Positions 30,889-40,950 of a DNA stretch of 64,000 bases are shown one piece after another. Each line of letters starts with the position of its first letter. Within the stretch, counting starts at the first letter, position 1. The position numbers were made by a program, and so were the translations under genes. The notes under the pieces were generated by a model that was not told the DNA's origin, did not search any database, and saw only the letters and a program-made list of their open reading frames with translations. The DNA comes from a phage: the NCBI GenBank assembly GCA_019566135.1, contig GCA_019566135.1_3044.1; one strand, 5' to 3'.

Positions 30889-31825
30889 ATTTAAATTGTT
30901 CAGTAACGTCTTCAACCACTTCGTATTGGCAGGTACGCATTTTAGCATCATTGTAATCAATCGGAATTGATACTACATCACGTGGATGTACTTTAACTTT
31001 TACAACTCGACTGGTTGAACTGCCAAAGTGACGAATATAAGATTTAGAACATACATGCAGACCACGAGAACAAGTTTGTGTATCATCGTCATTCACACGA
31101 GTACGCGGCATTTTAACTACTTTACCAGGACTGTTATCAAAGGTGTTTGAGTGACAGTCAAAGTAGTTGTCACGAACTACTTTCCAAGCATAGAAGTAAC
31201 CATCTTCGGTGATTTCAATATCGTTTGCTACCAAGAAATCAAAGAGTCGAGATACCGCTTTTTGGCTTGGGTTTTCCAGCAGATTTTCCAAGAACGGAAA
31301 ATAAAATTCAAAATTTTCGCCTTTTTCCATCGAGTCAAGAATACGATCAACCAGACCAGACCGTAATTCGATATTTTGATAGAACAAGCTTCCGCCTTCA
31401 ATTCGAACATCACCGGAAATATATTTTTCAACAGCGCGACGAACATTAATTTTTTGTGCAGCTTCTTCCAGCTTATCCGCTACAAGCAGATTAAGAATTT
31501 CCTGGAAGTTTGAATGAGTATTAGGAGTTGCGTTATAAGTTACACCGTCAACAGTAATTGAAATGAATTTTTTAGATGCATTCCAAATAATGTCAGATTT
31601 AGCAACTGGAGCAATAACTTCATCGCTATTAACTTTAACTGTAATATCACCGCTAATAGTAACTTTAGGGCGTTTAGCTTCTTCAGCATTTTTCAAAACA
31701 CGACGAATTGTGTCAACCGATACACCTTGCCAATCAGCCAATTCCTGTTGGGTGTAATTACCACTTGAATACAGTTTAACAATTTCAGCTTGTTCGTTTT
31801 TGGTCAGGCATTTAATATTGTACAT
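30887..31825 (-). CDS. rIIB: rIIB protein
   Basis: 312 aa (same as T4 rIIB); adjacent to rIIA. Confidence 0.9.
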   Translation of the reverse strand: MYNIKCLTKNEQAEIVKLYSSGNYTQQELADWQGVSVDTIRRVLKNAEEAKRPKVTISGDITVKVNSDEVIAPVAKSDIIWNASKKFISITVDGVTYNATPNTHSNFQEILNLLVADKLEEAAQKINVRRAVEKYISGDVRIEGGSLFYQNIELRSGLVDRILDSMEKGENFEFYFPFLENLLENPSQKAVSRLFDFLVANDIEITEDGYFYAWKVVRDNYFDCHSNTFDNSPGKVVKMPRTRVNDDDTQTCSRGLHVCSKSYIRHFGSSTSRVVKVKVHPRDVVSIPIDYNDAKMRTCQYEVVEDVTEQFK

Positions 31826-31836
31826 AATTTTCCTTA

Positions 31837-34014
31837 TTAGGCCGCAAGGGCCTTCATAGTTTTAGCGATTTGAGAAACTTCATCATCACTTAAAGAGTTG
31901 CGATATCCGATGAAGTCGGAAACAATACGGAATTTCTTGGTAAACTCAGCAACCATTTTATCACTGTTTTTTGAAGCATTATTTGATAATACATCAAAAA
32001 GATTAGTTACTGTCCAGATGTCATGACCGATGGTATCTTTTCCACCATTAAAATATACACCGCGCAATGAACTAACTATATTAGCGAGTCGTGTATATTC
32101 TTCAGAAACTTCATCTGTACTGAAGTACTTCATCATAAAATCTAGTTCAGGATACTTGATAATTTTATCAATATATCGTTGAGCTGAACTTGAATAACCT
32201 ACATACTTATCATAATCTACATCATCAAAAGCATCTACATATAAATCACGCAAAGCTTCAAAAATACATTGGCACTGACCGAGTTCTTTTACCTTTTTCT
32301 GTAAAAGCGGACGAATAACATAAAATTCATTAATGCCAATAAGATTAGCCATACGAATCAAAATATTCATAGATGGATGACAAAGTGATGTAGTACCATC
32401 CATAGAGAAAATATCAGAACGATGCATATACGCTACATAACCAGTAATTTCATCTGCTTCTGACGTAAGTGTAAATAATTCCTCTTTTTCCCAACGCCCA
32501 TCTTTAATTTCAAACTTAAATGCTGTAGCAGCTTTAGGACGAGGAGCTTTACTTTTAACTACCTTTGGAATATAGCTTTTAACTAAAGCTTCAATTTCTG
32601 ACAAATAATGAATGTTAACTTCATCACTTTCAAACATTGCCATAATATCAGGTAGTAAATCAATCTGCGATTCTACTTCTGGATTAATAAACAGAAGACG
32701 CTCATTATGATGAATATTTAAGGTGTTATTAAATTCGCTATCATCTAATGCACGTGCTAATCCACGGACAATATTAACGCGATTTTTAATATTATCAATA
32801 ACAATATTAATTTTTGTCGTATTAATACCAAACAGACGATAGCTTGATGCAACGGCTGAAGTTTCATGACTTTGCTTAATGCGTTTCAGTCGAGGGTCAA
32901 GATTTACTTCATACACAACTCCTGCATTGCATAACTTACTGTCAGGTTCAAACATGCTCTGCATCTTTTTATATGACAGATTTTTAGTCGTGAATTTGAC
33001 CGAATTACTAATCATATAATCTCGAGCAGAATACCCCATCTTCATTAATTCGCGATATGTATGACGAGGAGATGTAGATTCTTTAAATCGTTTTACATCT
33101 TCATTAAATGCTTTCTCACTGAGTTCTTTAACTCGTTCAATAATATTTTTACGAGTGCGATCATCTAGTGAAAGAGCCTCGCGAGATGGAGCAATATCAA
33201 GTGAACCCATTGGAAACTTAATGTAATTCACTTCATTGCGAATGCTTAGCCAGTTACGCTCTCTAATAACACCATCGATAGGATAAACAATACCACCATA
33301 GATAGCATATAATCCACCACGATCAGGCCAGTATCTTTCTGGATTTACACCGTAATAGTCATCAAAATCCGGAAAATAATCAATTTCGCGGTCAAGACCA
33401 TTAATGATAGCCAAATCTTTGAACGGTCGCATGATATAAGAAACTTCATAAGCAAAGTTTCTAAAGTCTTTTTCTTCAACTGGAACTACGATTTCAATAC
33501 CAGTTTTATCATCTGGACCCATTTCTTTCACGAATGTAGGTTTAATTTGTGGACCATCGCCATCCATGTAAGCTACATAACCACGAATTTCACCTTTATG
33601 ATACGAAGTAATACTAAATGTATCAGTATAACTAAACGGAGATTTAGAACCTAAACCAAATCCGCCAATGAAATCGTTAGATTCAGCCTTAGATGAACTG
33701 AAGTATGAATTATACAAACCAGGAGAATTATCATCACCCTGAATATCAAAATCACTCATACCCGGACCAAAATCTCGGCAAACAAATCGTGGATCTAAAC
33801 GTCCAGGAACTTGAATGATAAATTTTTCAGGATTTCCATTGAGAGCATGGGCATCAATCATGTTGGTAATCAATTCACGGACTACTGCGCGAATCTTGTT
33901 TGTATACAAATCAGACGACAGAATTTTAAATACTTTAGGAGATGCTGTGATGCTAAATGCTTTCGATTTAGAACCATTACCAAGAATTGTTTCTTTTTCA
34001 GTGGTGATAATCAT
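31837..34014 (-). CDS. rIIA: rIIA protein
   Basis: 725 aa (same as T4 rIIA); ATPase-like N-terminal region. Confidence 0.92.
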   Translation of the reverse strand: MIITTEKETILGNGSKSKAFSITASPKVFKILSSDLYTNKIRAVVRELITNMIDAHALNGNPEKFIIQVPGRLDPRFVCRDFGPGMSDFDIQGDDNSPGLYNSYFSSSKAESNDFIGGFGLGSKSPFSYTDTFSITSYHKGEIRGYVAYMDGDGPQIKPTFVKEMGPDDKTGIEIVVPVEEKDFRNFAYEVSYIMRPFKDLAIINGLDREIDYFPDFDDYYGVNPERYWPDRGGLYAIYGGIVYPIDGVIRERNWLSIRNEVNYIKFPMGSLDIAPSREALSLDDRTRKNIIERVKELSEKAFNEDVKRFKESTSPRHTYRELMKMGYSARDYMISNSVKFTTKNLSYKKMQSMFEPDSKLCNAGVVYEVNLDPRLKRIKQSHETSAVASSYRLFGINTTKINIVIDNIKNRVNIVRGLARALDDSEFNNTLNIHHNERLLFINPEVESQIDLLPDIMAMFESDEVNIHYLSEIEALVKSYIPKVVKSKAPRPKAATAFKFEIKDGRWEKEELFTLTSEADEITGYVAYMHRSDIFSMDGTTSLCHPSMNILIRMANLIGINEFYVIRPLLQKKVKELGQCQCIFEALRDLYVDAFDDVDYDKYVGYSSSAQRYIDKIIKYPELDFMMKYFSTDEVSEEYTRLANIVSSLRGVYFNGGKDTIGHDIWTVTNLFDVLSNNASKNSDKMVAEFTKKFRIVSDFIGYRNSLSDDEVSQIAKTMKALAA

Positions 34015-34024
34015 AATTTCCTCA

Positions 34025-34228
34025 TTAATTCATATTACGCTTAATAACTTCAGCAACTTCTAGTAGTTCATCTTTAGTTGCGGTGTCGGATTGAATTTTA
34101 TCTCTAATATCTTTAAAGCGGTTTTTAAATTCTTCGGCTTCTCCCATATCGAAAAAGCGTTGAATGATTCTATATTCTCGATGAACTGCTTTATCAAAAA
34201 GTTCTAAATTTACTTTATATGATTTCAT
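34025..34228 (-). CDS. Hypothetical protein (67 aa; rIIA.1 position)
   Basis: ORF. Confidence 0.5.
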   Translation of the reverse strand: MKSYKVNLELFDKAVHREYRIIQRFFDMGEAEEFKNRFKDIRDKIQSDTATKDELLEVAEVIKRNMN

Positions 34229-34282
34229 TTCAATATCCTCATTTACCCAATTAATTATACCACATCCTTGTGGTAAAGTAAA

Positions 34283-36103
34283 CTACTGGCTCATCCATTC
34301 TTTACGAAGGTCAGCATTATCTCCCATGAGCATTTCAAAAAGCTCTTTCCAGTTCTCAGGAAGTTTAACAACATCATATACTGGATTTTGAATCATTTCA
34401 CGATATTCAGATTTTTCCAAAGAGCCAAGTCCTTTAATATAACGGATGCTATGTTTAGGTAGAGCATCTTTGGCACTCTCATATTCAGCGACTGTATAAA
34501 ACCATTCTTGTTTTTTACCGACCTGAGCGATGATTACAGGAGTTTTGACAAAGCGAATTCGTCCTTGCTCAAACAATTCTGGCCAATTACTAAAAAATCC
34601 GAGCAGAGAAGGATAAATGCTTCCTAGACCATCATGGTCAGCATCAGTCATAATAGCAATATTGCGATAATTCATGTTTTCAGCTTTTTCACCAAGAACT
34701 AATCCAGTGATTGCGCAAATATCAAATAGTTCTTTGTTTTTAAGCATATCTGCATAAGACATACCCCAACTGTTGAGAACTTTACCACGCAATGGATAAC
34801 CACCATGAAGTTCTTTATCACGAACATCAATAAGATATCCGATAGCAGAATCACCCTCAGTCAAGAAAAGAGTAGTATCAGCATCTTTACCGCACAGATT
34901 AGCTTTAATATGTTTATGAACCTTTGCCTTAGAAGCCTTTTTAGCTGCTTTAGTTTCAGCTGCTTTTTCTGCTGCCAATTTACGAGCTAGTGCAGCTTCA
35001 ATAATTGGCATTAAAATTGCTTCATTATTTAAAATAGCGCGTGAAATCTTTTTAGCGTCAAGTTGAATATGACTACGGATTTCACCAAATGGAGAAGTCA
35101 AACGCTCTTTAGTTTGAGAATCAAATCGCATGTTTTTCATATCACGAACAAACATAACGATAGTCAAACATTCTTTAACGCGTGCTTTAGTTACATCAAT
35201 TTTGAACTTACGTTTGATTTGTGGAATAAGGTCTTCACAAATATCATCCATAACACAGTCAATGTGATGGCCACCATTCTTAGTATGAATGTTATTGACG
35301 TATGTTAATTGACGAAATCCATCCGGTGAACGACCAACCGCAATAGAACAATTTTCTTGTTCTTGAACAATAGCATGTTCATCATACTGTAGTGCATATT
35401 TCTTAAAATTGCCCTGAACCTTTTTACCATTAAAGGTAAATTGAATATCAGGATAAACAACAGCAAGTGTCTGGAGACGATCTAGTGTAATGTCAAGATA
35501 AACTTGGGACAGCTCATTAGTTTCAAATGACATAAAATCTGGAATGAAAGTAACACGAGTTCCTTTCCATTTTCCAGGAATAGTTTCCCAGGATTTATTT
35601 TCCATGCCATTTGAACAACGAACTACAATATTATTTTGACCATCGCCAGTTTCACCGACAAACATCACAGAAAAAATGTTAGTTAAACTAGAACCAACAC
35701 CATTCATACCACCGGTGACACGTTCTTTATCATCACCAAAGTTACCACCCGCTTTTGGAATAGTCCAAGCAGCAACTGGACCAGGAATTTCTTCACCGGT
35801 AGGTGTTTTAACCATCGCTTGTGGAATACCACGACCGTTATCTTCAACTGTTACTTGATTGTTTTTAATAGTAACATTAATTTTATTTGCGAATTTAAAC
35901 TTAGTACGAATACCTTCATCTACTGAGTTATCGATAATTTCATCAATAAGCTTAACAAGACCAGGTACATACTGAACACTTTCCCATTTACCAAACAGAA
36001 AGCGCTCATGCATTTCATTAGCAGAAGAGCCAATGTACATGCCACTACGCTTTTTGATATGTTCAATATCGCTCAGAATTTTAATTTCATTCTTAATCAT
36101 CAC
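34283..36103 (-). CDS. 39: DNA topoisomerase II large subunit, unsplit (gene 39 and gene 60 portions in one ORF)
   Basis: 606 aa contiguous GyrB-like ATPase plus TOPRIM; no split, no mobA, no bypass gap. Confidence 0.9.
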   Translation of the reverse strand: MMIKNEIKILSDIEHIKKRSGMYIGSSANEMHERFLFGKWESVQYVPGLVKLIDEIIDNSVDEGIRTKFKFANKINVTIKNNQVTVEDNGRGIPQAMVKTPTGEEIPGPVAAWTIPKAGGNFGDDKERVTGGMNGVGSSLTNIFSVMFVGETGDGQNNIVVRCSNGMENKSWETIPGKWKGTRVTFIPDFMSFETNELSQVYLDITLDRLQTLAVVYPDIQFTFNGKKVQGNFKKYALQYDEHAIVQEQENCSIAVGRSPDGFRQLTYVNNIHTKNGGHHIDCVMDDICEDLIPQIKRKFKIDVTKARVKECLTIVMFVRDMKNMRFDSQTKERLTSPFGEIRSHIQLDAKKISRAILNNEAILMPIIEAALARKLAAEKAAETKAAKKASKAKVHKHIKANLCGKDADTTLFLTEGDSAIGYLIDVRDKELHGGYPLRGKVLNSWGMSYADMLKNKELFDICAITGLVLGEKAENMNYRNIAIMTDADHDGLGSIYPSLLGFFSNWPELFEQGRIRFVKTPVIIAQVGKKQEWFYTVAEYESAKDALPKHSIRYIKGLGSLEKSEYREMIQNPVYDVVKLPENWKELFEMLMGDNADLRKEWMSQ

Positions 36104-36127
36104 TTATCCTCGTTTGGTTTCGGGAAT

Positions 36128-36152
36128 ATTATACTCCGGTAATCATAAAGCT
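36128..36152 (-). promoter_or_regulatory. Possible middle promoter for gene 39 (MotA-box-like AGCTTTA, 12 nt, -10 TATAAT)
   Basis: TATAAT at 36133..36128; AGCTTTA at 36152..36146. Confidence 0.3.
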
Positions 36153-36170
36153 AAAGGCCCGAAGGCCTTT
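36153..36170 (-). other. Stem-loop AAAGGCC-UUCG-GGCCUUU at the stop of the lipoprotein gene
   Basis: 7-bp perfect stem with UUCG loop. Confidence 0.55.
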
Positions 36171-36439
36171 TATTTAAAACGAATAGTTGAATCCTTAAAG
36201 AACAGCCCAGAACATACTGTTCCTTCTACTTTCTGCCCGGTAGGTCCAATAGCACGAAATCCAGTATGTTGGAAATCATTTTCAGAGCAACCGAACCAGT
36301 TATATCCAGTGATTTCAATATTCGTAAAACCACTTGATGATAAAATTTTAGTTGCATTATCAGCATCAGTACATCCTACTAAAGATACTGCTAATACTAA
36401 TGCTGCGATAGAACGATTAATATATTTCATAATTTTCAC
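36170..36439 (-). CDS. Small lipoprotein (signal peptide plus lipobox LVGC)
   Basis: MKIMKYINRSIAALVLAVSLVGC...; 89 aa. Confidence 0.6.
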   Translation of the reverse strand: MKIMKYINRSIAALVLAVSLVGCTDADNATKILSSSGFTNIEITGYNWFGCSENDFQHTGFRAIGPTGQKVEGTVCSGLFFKDSTIRFK

Positions 36440-36807
36440 TTAAATTTAATAGCTTGAAGAAGACTAATAATTCTCAAGCGACTTCTTTCATCTTTAACTG
36501 TAAAGGAAAGAGGGTCGCCAGATTTCATGGTAATAGTGCATTCAAAATCAAAATCTTCTGTGACTTCTTCGAAGAAGTCAAATTCTTCAGCATAAATTAG
36601 AACATTACTCTGAAAACTGTGAAGAATTTTTCCGTTATTTCCAGACGCTGTACTAATCATCGTAACATTATGACCTTTCATATCTTCAACGATAAATTCG
36701 CTTGTAGATATTACAGCATTAATAGAACCATTCCTATAAATAGCAGACATTAGATATTTCTTTTCTTCGCCTTCGCGAATACGATATTTCTTACCGATTT
36801 TAAACAT
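36436..36807 (-). CDS. Hypothetical protein (123 aa), coupled to the lipoprotein gene
   Basis: ATGA overlap with the downstream lipoprotein ORF. Confidence 0.5.
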   Translation of the reverse strand: MFKIGKKYRIREGEEKKYLMSAIYRNGSINAVISTSEFIVEDMKGHNVTMISTASGNNGKILHSFQSNVLIYAEEFDFFEEVTEDFDFECTITMKSGDPLSFTVKDERSRLRIISLLQAIKFK

Positions 36808-36809
36808 AA

Positions 36810-36986
36810 TTATCCTTTAAGTAAGTCGTAAAATCCGCCATTCACATGCTTAGGAGCAGAAGGCCGACGAGTAGACAAACGATGACATTTAGGGCAAACA
36901 TCATTTTCTCGTTCAGAAATCTTTTTAATTTTTTCATATTCATGCCCGCAATCTTCGGATTGGCATTTATAATCATACATTGGCAT
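36810..36986 (-). CDS. Small zinc-ribbon protein (58 aa, CxxxxC...CxxC)
   Basis: MPMYDYKCQSEDCGHEYEKIKKISERENDVCPKCHRLSTRR...; below track cutoff. Confidence 0.5.
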   Translation of the reverse strand: MPMYDYKCQSEDCGHEYEKIKKISERENDVCPKCHRLSTRRPSAPKHVNGGFYDLLKG

Positions 36987-36988
36987 AA

Positions 36989-37414
36989 TTATTCCTTAAA
37001 GTGTGCTTTCAGCATTTGATACAAGGACCATGCCTGTTCATTATTTTCAATAGTAACTTTCATGACAGGAAATTCTGTGAAATCTTCTATTTGTTCTTGC
37101 TCTTTCTCTTCCTGCTCTTGCTCTTCAGCTGCCTGATATGGATTTTCCACTTCATCAAAGAACTCGGCTTCGTTAGTAGAGAGCCAGATAAAGTTTTCGT
37201 CAAGGATATCACCATGTGTTGCATATCCAATTGTGCCAGTAAATGACATAATTTTAGTAGGACGACCAAGATGGTCAACATCTAAAATTTTAAAAGGATG
37301 CATACCTAAACGTCGTGCATAAATTCCGTTATCAGTATGGTCTTTAATAAAAGCTTCTTGAGCTTGTTTATTTTTAAATTGATACCATTTATTAACTTCA
37401 AATCTAATAGCCAT
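36989..37414 (-). CDS. goF: GoF-like protein (141 aa from ATG 37414)
   Basis: Size and position match T4 goF; ATG overlaps the cef stop (TAATG). Confidence 0.55.
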   Translation of the reverse strand: MAIRFEVNKWYQFKNKQAQEAFIKDHTDNGIYARRLGMHPFKILDVDHLGRPTKIMSFTGTIGYATHGDILDENFIWLSTNEAEFFDEVENPYQAAEEQEQEEKEQEQIEDFTEFPVMKVTIENNEQAWSLYQMLKAHFKE

Positions 37415-37629
37415 TAATAAATTTCCTTCCAATAAGTTGTACCATCTTCAGTAATTTCGCGAAATACACCGTAAATTGGTTGTTTATCACCAACCTTTTC
37501 ATACACATAAACCGAAGTCAAGTGAGTAAACTTAACGGTATGTTCTTTTTGAACTACTACCAAATCTGGATCGAATAATACATCTTCAAATTCGTCATTA
37601 GTGCAATTCTGAACAATTTTACGTTTCAT
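37414..37629 (-). CDS. cef: Cef-like protein (71 aa)
   Basis: 71 aa as T4 Cef; position after goF. Confidence 0.55.
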   Translation of the reverse strand: MKRKIVQNCTNDEFEDVLFDPDLVVVQKEHTVKFTHLTSVYVYEKVGDKQPIYGVFREITEDGTTYWKEIY

Positions 37630-37642
37630 TACAATTTCCTCA

Positions 37643-37924
37643 TTAATTGAACAGTGGAGCGATGCGTTTCAGAAGAGTAGCAGCACCTTTAGCGAATTTT
37701 ACATCATGAAAAACAGTTTCTTCTTCTGTAACAACTCGAACTTTAATATTTTCACAATCCCAATTTTTACGAACAATCTTCAAAAGCTGCAGTAAATCTT
37801 TACATTCAGCAATATCGATAACACATCCACGAGAATCTTCCATTATCGCACGATAACCGTAAGCCATACCATAATCATTGAAAGATTGCTCGATGATAAT
37901 TAAGTTTTCCATTTTATTCTCCAA
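37643..37924 (-). CDS. Hypothetical protein (93 aa)
   Basis: ORF with ATG; promoter-like region upstream. Confidence 0.5.
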   Translation of the reverse strand: MENKMENLIIIEQSFNDYGMAYGYRAIMEDSRGCVIDIAECKDLLQLLKIVRKNWDCENIKVRVVTEEETVFHDVKFAKGAATLLKRIAPLFN

Positions 37925-37936
37925 GTTGTTTTCTGT

Positions 37937-37979
37937 ATCAGTAGTTGATATTGATATAGTACCATAATCAACTACTGAT
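37937..37979 (-). promoter_or_regulatory. Promoter-like element with -10 TACTAT inside a 13-bp perfect inverted repeat (ATCAGTAGTTGAT, 17 nt, ATCAACTACTGAT)
   Basis: Arms at 37937-37949 and 37967-37979; the usual GTTTAC -35 is replaced by one arm. Confidence 0.45.
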
Positions 37980-38019
37980 GTATATAGTTTTATGAAAAAA
38001 ATTTAAACTTTATGCAAAT

Positions 38020-38439
38020 TTATGCTAAAGCTGCTTCGCACCATTTTTTAATTTGGAATTCAGGAACTACCATGAACTGGCCTGCAAAAACAATATTGTA
38101 GAGCTTGACACCATCTTCTACCCAACGGTCCGAAATAAAACCAGCGACTTGATTCGTTGTCCATGGAGTTCCATCTGTTGCCGCCGCAATTGTGAATTTA
38201 TGGTCTTTTACAACTAAAACTGAAGAACAAAGTTTCCATTTAAATGCGCTTTCTTCTGGCTCAATGAACTGACTTGAGACATAACCAATGTTACCATCAG
38301 CGTCACGAACTTTAACCTCGTTACGACCAAAAACTGGATCACTTACAGAAAGAACTTCAACCAGCTTTCCTGCAACTTTAGAACGAGAAGCAACGGATAC
38401 ATATACGTAATCACCAGTAGAGAGATTTGCAATATTCAT
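38020..38439 (-). CDS. MotB-like protein, paralog A (139 aa)
   Basis: N-terminal KOW-like GDYVYVSVASRSKVAGKLVEV; C-terminal WVEDGVKLYNIVFAGQF shared with B and C. Confidence 0.5.
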   Translation of the reverse strand: MNIANLSTGDYVYVSVASRSKVAGKLVEVLSVSDPVFGRNEVKVRDADGNIGYVSSQFIEPEESAFKWKLCSSVLVVKDHKFTIAAATDGTPWTTNQVAGFISDRWVEDGVKLYNIVFAGQFMVVPEFQIKKWCEAALA

Positions 38440-38448
38440 AATAATTCC

Positions 38449-38922
38449 TTAAGCTTTACGAGGAGAAGCATAACGAGTGATTTCAGATTCTTCAACAACC
38501 CGGAAGTCACCTAAGAATACGATATTGTAGAGCTTTTCACCATCTTCAACCCATTGGTCTGTGATGAAGCCACACATCCTATCAGTTTTACTTGGACCAG
38601 CGAAATCATCAATATAATCGAATTCTTCATCAGTTACAAATTCAACGCCTTTACACAACGCCCATTTAAATTGTGTATTAGACTCAGTGGATTCAACTTC
38701 TTCAACAGAAGCAAAATGAGAGCTAACACGAGTTTCCAGAAATTTAGGACTTACGTAAGCGTACTGAGTTTCAGTTTTTCCAGAACCAGGAATGATTCGA
38801 ACTTTAACTTCTTTAACACGACCAGTACCATTAGTACGAAGTCCTACCACTTCAACTAGACGACCTGCAGCTTTAGAACGAGATGCAGACGATACACGCT
38901 TAATTTCACCGATAGTAATCAT
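38449..38922 (-). CDS. MotB-like protein, paralog B (157 aa from ATG 38922)
   Basis: SASRSKAAGRLVEV and QWVEDGEKLYNIVFLGDF; ATG 38922 downstream of the early promoter. Confidence 0.5.
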   Translation of the reverse strand: MITIGEIKRVSSASRSKAAGRLVEVVGLRTNGTGRVKEVKVRIIPGSGKTETQYAYVSPKFLETRVSSHFASVEEVESTESNTQFKWALCKGVEFVTDEEFDYIDDFAGPSKTDRMCGFITDQWVEDGEKLYNIVFLGDFRVVEESEITRYASPRKA

Positions 38923-38965
38923 AATTTTTCTCTCTTTGTTGTTAAGATTTATACTCCGCAGGACC

Positions 38966-38995
38966 ATTATACTCTGGTCCCAAGAGTTTGTAAAC
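38966..38995 (-). promoter_or_regulatory. Early promoter (-35 GTTTAC 38995..38990, -10 TATAAT 38971..38966)
   Basis: 18-nt spacer; the TATAAT sits inside a GGACCA/TGGTCC inverted repeat. Confidence 0.55.
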
Positions 38996-39432
38996 TAGCT
39001 TACACGAACATTAATCACTGCGCTGCGAGGAACTACAGAGTACTCTCCAGCATGAACTACGTTCAGAAGTTCAACACCATCTTCAATCCACTGATCAGTC
39101 ACCCATCCACCCACAGGATTCGCGAATGGACGACGAATATAAACTGCCTTACACAGCAGATCAGTTGGATCTTCAGGTTTTTCAATTTCTGTCAATAGAC
39201 TAAAATCTTTTTCATAAATAATAAGCGGTGATACCATTCCATAATAGTTTCTAATTTCAATATACATCATACCGATAAGAATTCCGCTATTAACACTAAT
39301 AACAGTAAAAGGATATCCGCCAGTTAAACCAAGAAGTTCACAAAACTTATTATGAGCTGTATTAGACAGTACCGAAAAATTCTTAATTTCATCAAATTTT
39401 TTCAATTGATAAACAGCATTATTTTTAATCAT
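38995..39432 (-). CDS. Protein sharing the MotB-like C-terminal domain, paralog C (145 aa)
   Basis: C-terminal GWVTDQWIEDGVELLNVVHAGEYSVVP; unrelated N-terminus. Confidence 0.5.
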   Translation of the reverse strand: MIKNNAVYQLKKFDEIKNFSVLSNTAHNKFCELLGLTGGYPFTVISVNSGILIGMMYIEIRNYYGMVSPLIIYEKDFSLLTEIEKPEDPTDLLCKAVYIRRPFANPVGGWVTDQWIEDGVELLNVVHAGEYSVVPRSAVINVRVS

Positions 39433-39442
39433 AATTTTCTCT

Positions 39443-39946
39443 TTAATCTAAGGTAATAAAGCCTTTTAATTCGGCATGTGACTTGCGGAACATTACTTGA
39501 TGCCCACCAATGATAACTTTATCTTCAGGTACTTCGTATACAGCGAGATAAAATCCTTTAGAAGCTAATTCTTCACGCTCTTCTCGTGTGAACCATCTCA
39601 TCATATCATATTCACTAGCAAAAGCAAAATGATAAAGAGCTATAAACCATCCTGGAATATAGTGATCTACGCCTACATATTCTTCTTTCTCAAAATTAGT
39701 ATTAATTGCTATATTAGCATTTTTAACTAATAGTTTGTCTTCGTGCGGAAGAGGAATTCTTTTATTATCATTACTATGATGCATAAAATTAGGTCTGTCA
39801 TAACCTACGTGTAATAACCACTCTTCGCTCCATGAATCCATTATACTCCTGTACGGCGTTATTTGAACACAAAGATCTCGACGTATTGTTATAGCATCTT
39901 CATAATTAAGAATACTAAATGATGATTCAACACGATAAATTTTCAT
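39443..39946 (-). CDS. Hypothetical protein (167 aa from ATG 39946)
   Basis: GAGGA SD before ATG 39946. Confidence 0.5.
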   Translation of the reverse strand: MKIYRVESSFSILNYEDAITIRRDLCVQITPYRSIMDSWSEEWLLHVGYDRPNFMHHSNDNKRIPLPHEDKLLVKNANIAINTNFEKEEYVGVDHYIPGWFIALYHFAFASEYDMMRWFTREEREELASKGFYLAVYEVPEDKVIIGGHQVMFRKSHAELKGFITLD

Positions 39947-40009
39947 TTTATTATCCTCAGTAGCTATGGTGTTATAATACCACAACTAACCGAGGAAGTA
40001 AACAACTTT

Positions 40010-40693
40010 TTATCGTTTTGTTGGAAGAGTCAGAGGATCGCAATCTTCCTCTGACGGAGCATCTTCAAGACCCATAGCGTATCGCAAAGCATACTTCATC
40101 ATCAGGATGTCTTTCGCACAGTCATGAATAGAATCATGTGCAACGAATCCATCTAAAGTTCCCTTTGGAAGAGGACACGTGGTCATATCACGAACAAGCA
40201 GAAGTGCTTCAATTCTGGTACGAATATCACGCTGATTCCAGAATTTACATGGTTCTAACTTAAATGTATCAAGCTCATTCTCGGAAACGCCATTAAGACG
40301 TTGAATATCGCGAATGAGATCGACTAAAATTGGAAAATCAAACGACATTCCACGGCACCAGCCTTGAGATTTCCAAGGATCGATATTATGTGCATTGATG
40401 TAATCGTTGAATTTTGCAATACCATCAATGGTGCTTACATCTTCATCGGATGGTGCAATATTTTTTCGAGCTTCAGGAGACTGATTTTTCCACCATTCGA
40501 TAGTGCTTTTAGTAAAAAGACGATGTCCTTTTTGGCTTTTTAAATCAAATTTGATTTTAATGCCACGTGAAACTAGTTCATCGAATGATTCAACTACTTC
40601 TGGGTTAGGGTCAAAAGCAATTACAGCCAAATCAATAACAGCTGCTTTTTCACCGCTTCCCATTGTTTCAAAATCTATAATAAAATCAAACAT
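40010..40693 (-). CDS. dexA: Exonuclease A (DnaQ-like 3'-5' exonuclease)
   Basis: 227 aa (same as T4 DexA); N-terminal DFETMG exonuclease motif. Confidence 0.85.
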   Translation of the reverse strand: MFDFIIDFETMGSGEKAAVIDLAVIAFDPNPEVVESFDELVSRGIKIKFDLKSQKGHRLFTKSTIEWWKNQSPEARKNIAPSDEDVSTIDGIAKFNDYINAHNIDPWKSQGWCRGMSFDFPILVDLIRDIQRLNGVSENELDTFKLEPCKFWNQRDIRTRIEALLLVRDMTTCPLPKGTLDGFVAHDSIHDCAKDILMMKYALRYAMGLEDAPSEEDCDPLTLPTKR

Positions 40694-40950
40694 TAAATTT
40701 TCCTCGCTAAATCACGAATTTGGCCTACAGTATAGTCTTGAATATAAACTTTATTAATAGGCTCATCAATAAATTTTGCCATAGATTCAATATCTTTTTG
40801 TATCTCTTCAAGACTGTATACTATCTTTAAAGCTTTTTCGCGAATAGTAACATTATCAGGTCCTGAATTTTCTTGAATGACAGCTTTAACATTTGCCATA
40901 AGAGATTTAAACTGGTACCAACTTAATTCAATCATTAATAATCGCCTCAT
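40693..40950 (-). CDS. Small protein, dexA-upstream family member 1 (85 aa)
   Basis: Paralogous to the next ORF (LEEIQKD / LEEIERD core). Confidence 0.5.
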   Translation of the reverse strand: MRRLLMIELSWYQFKSLMANVKAVIQENSGPDNVTIREKALKIVYSLEEIQKDIESMAKFIDEPINKVYIQDYTVGQIRDLARKI

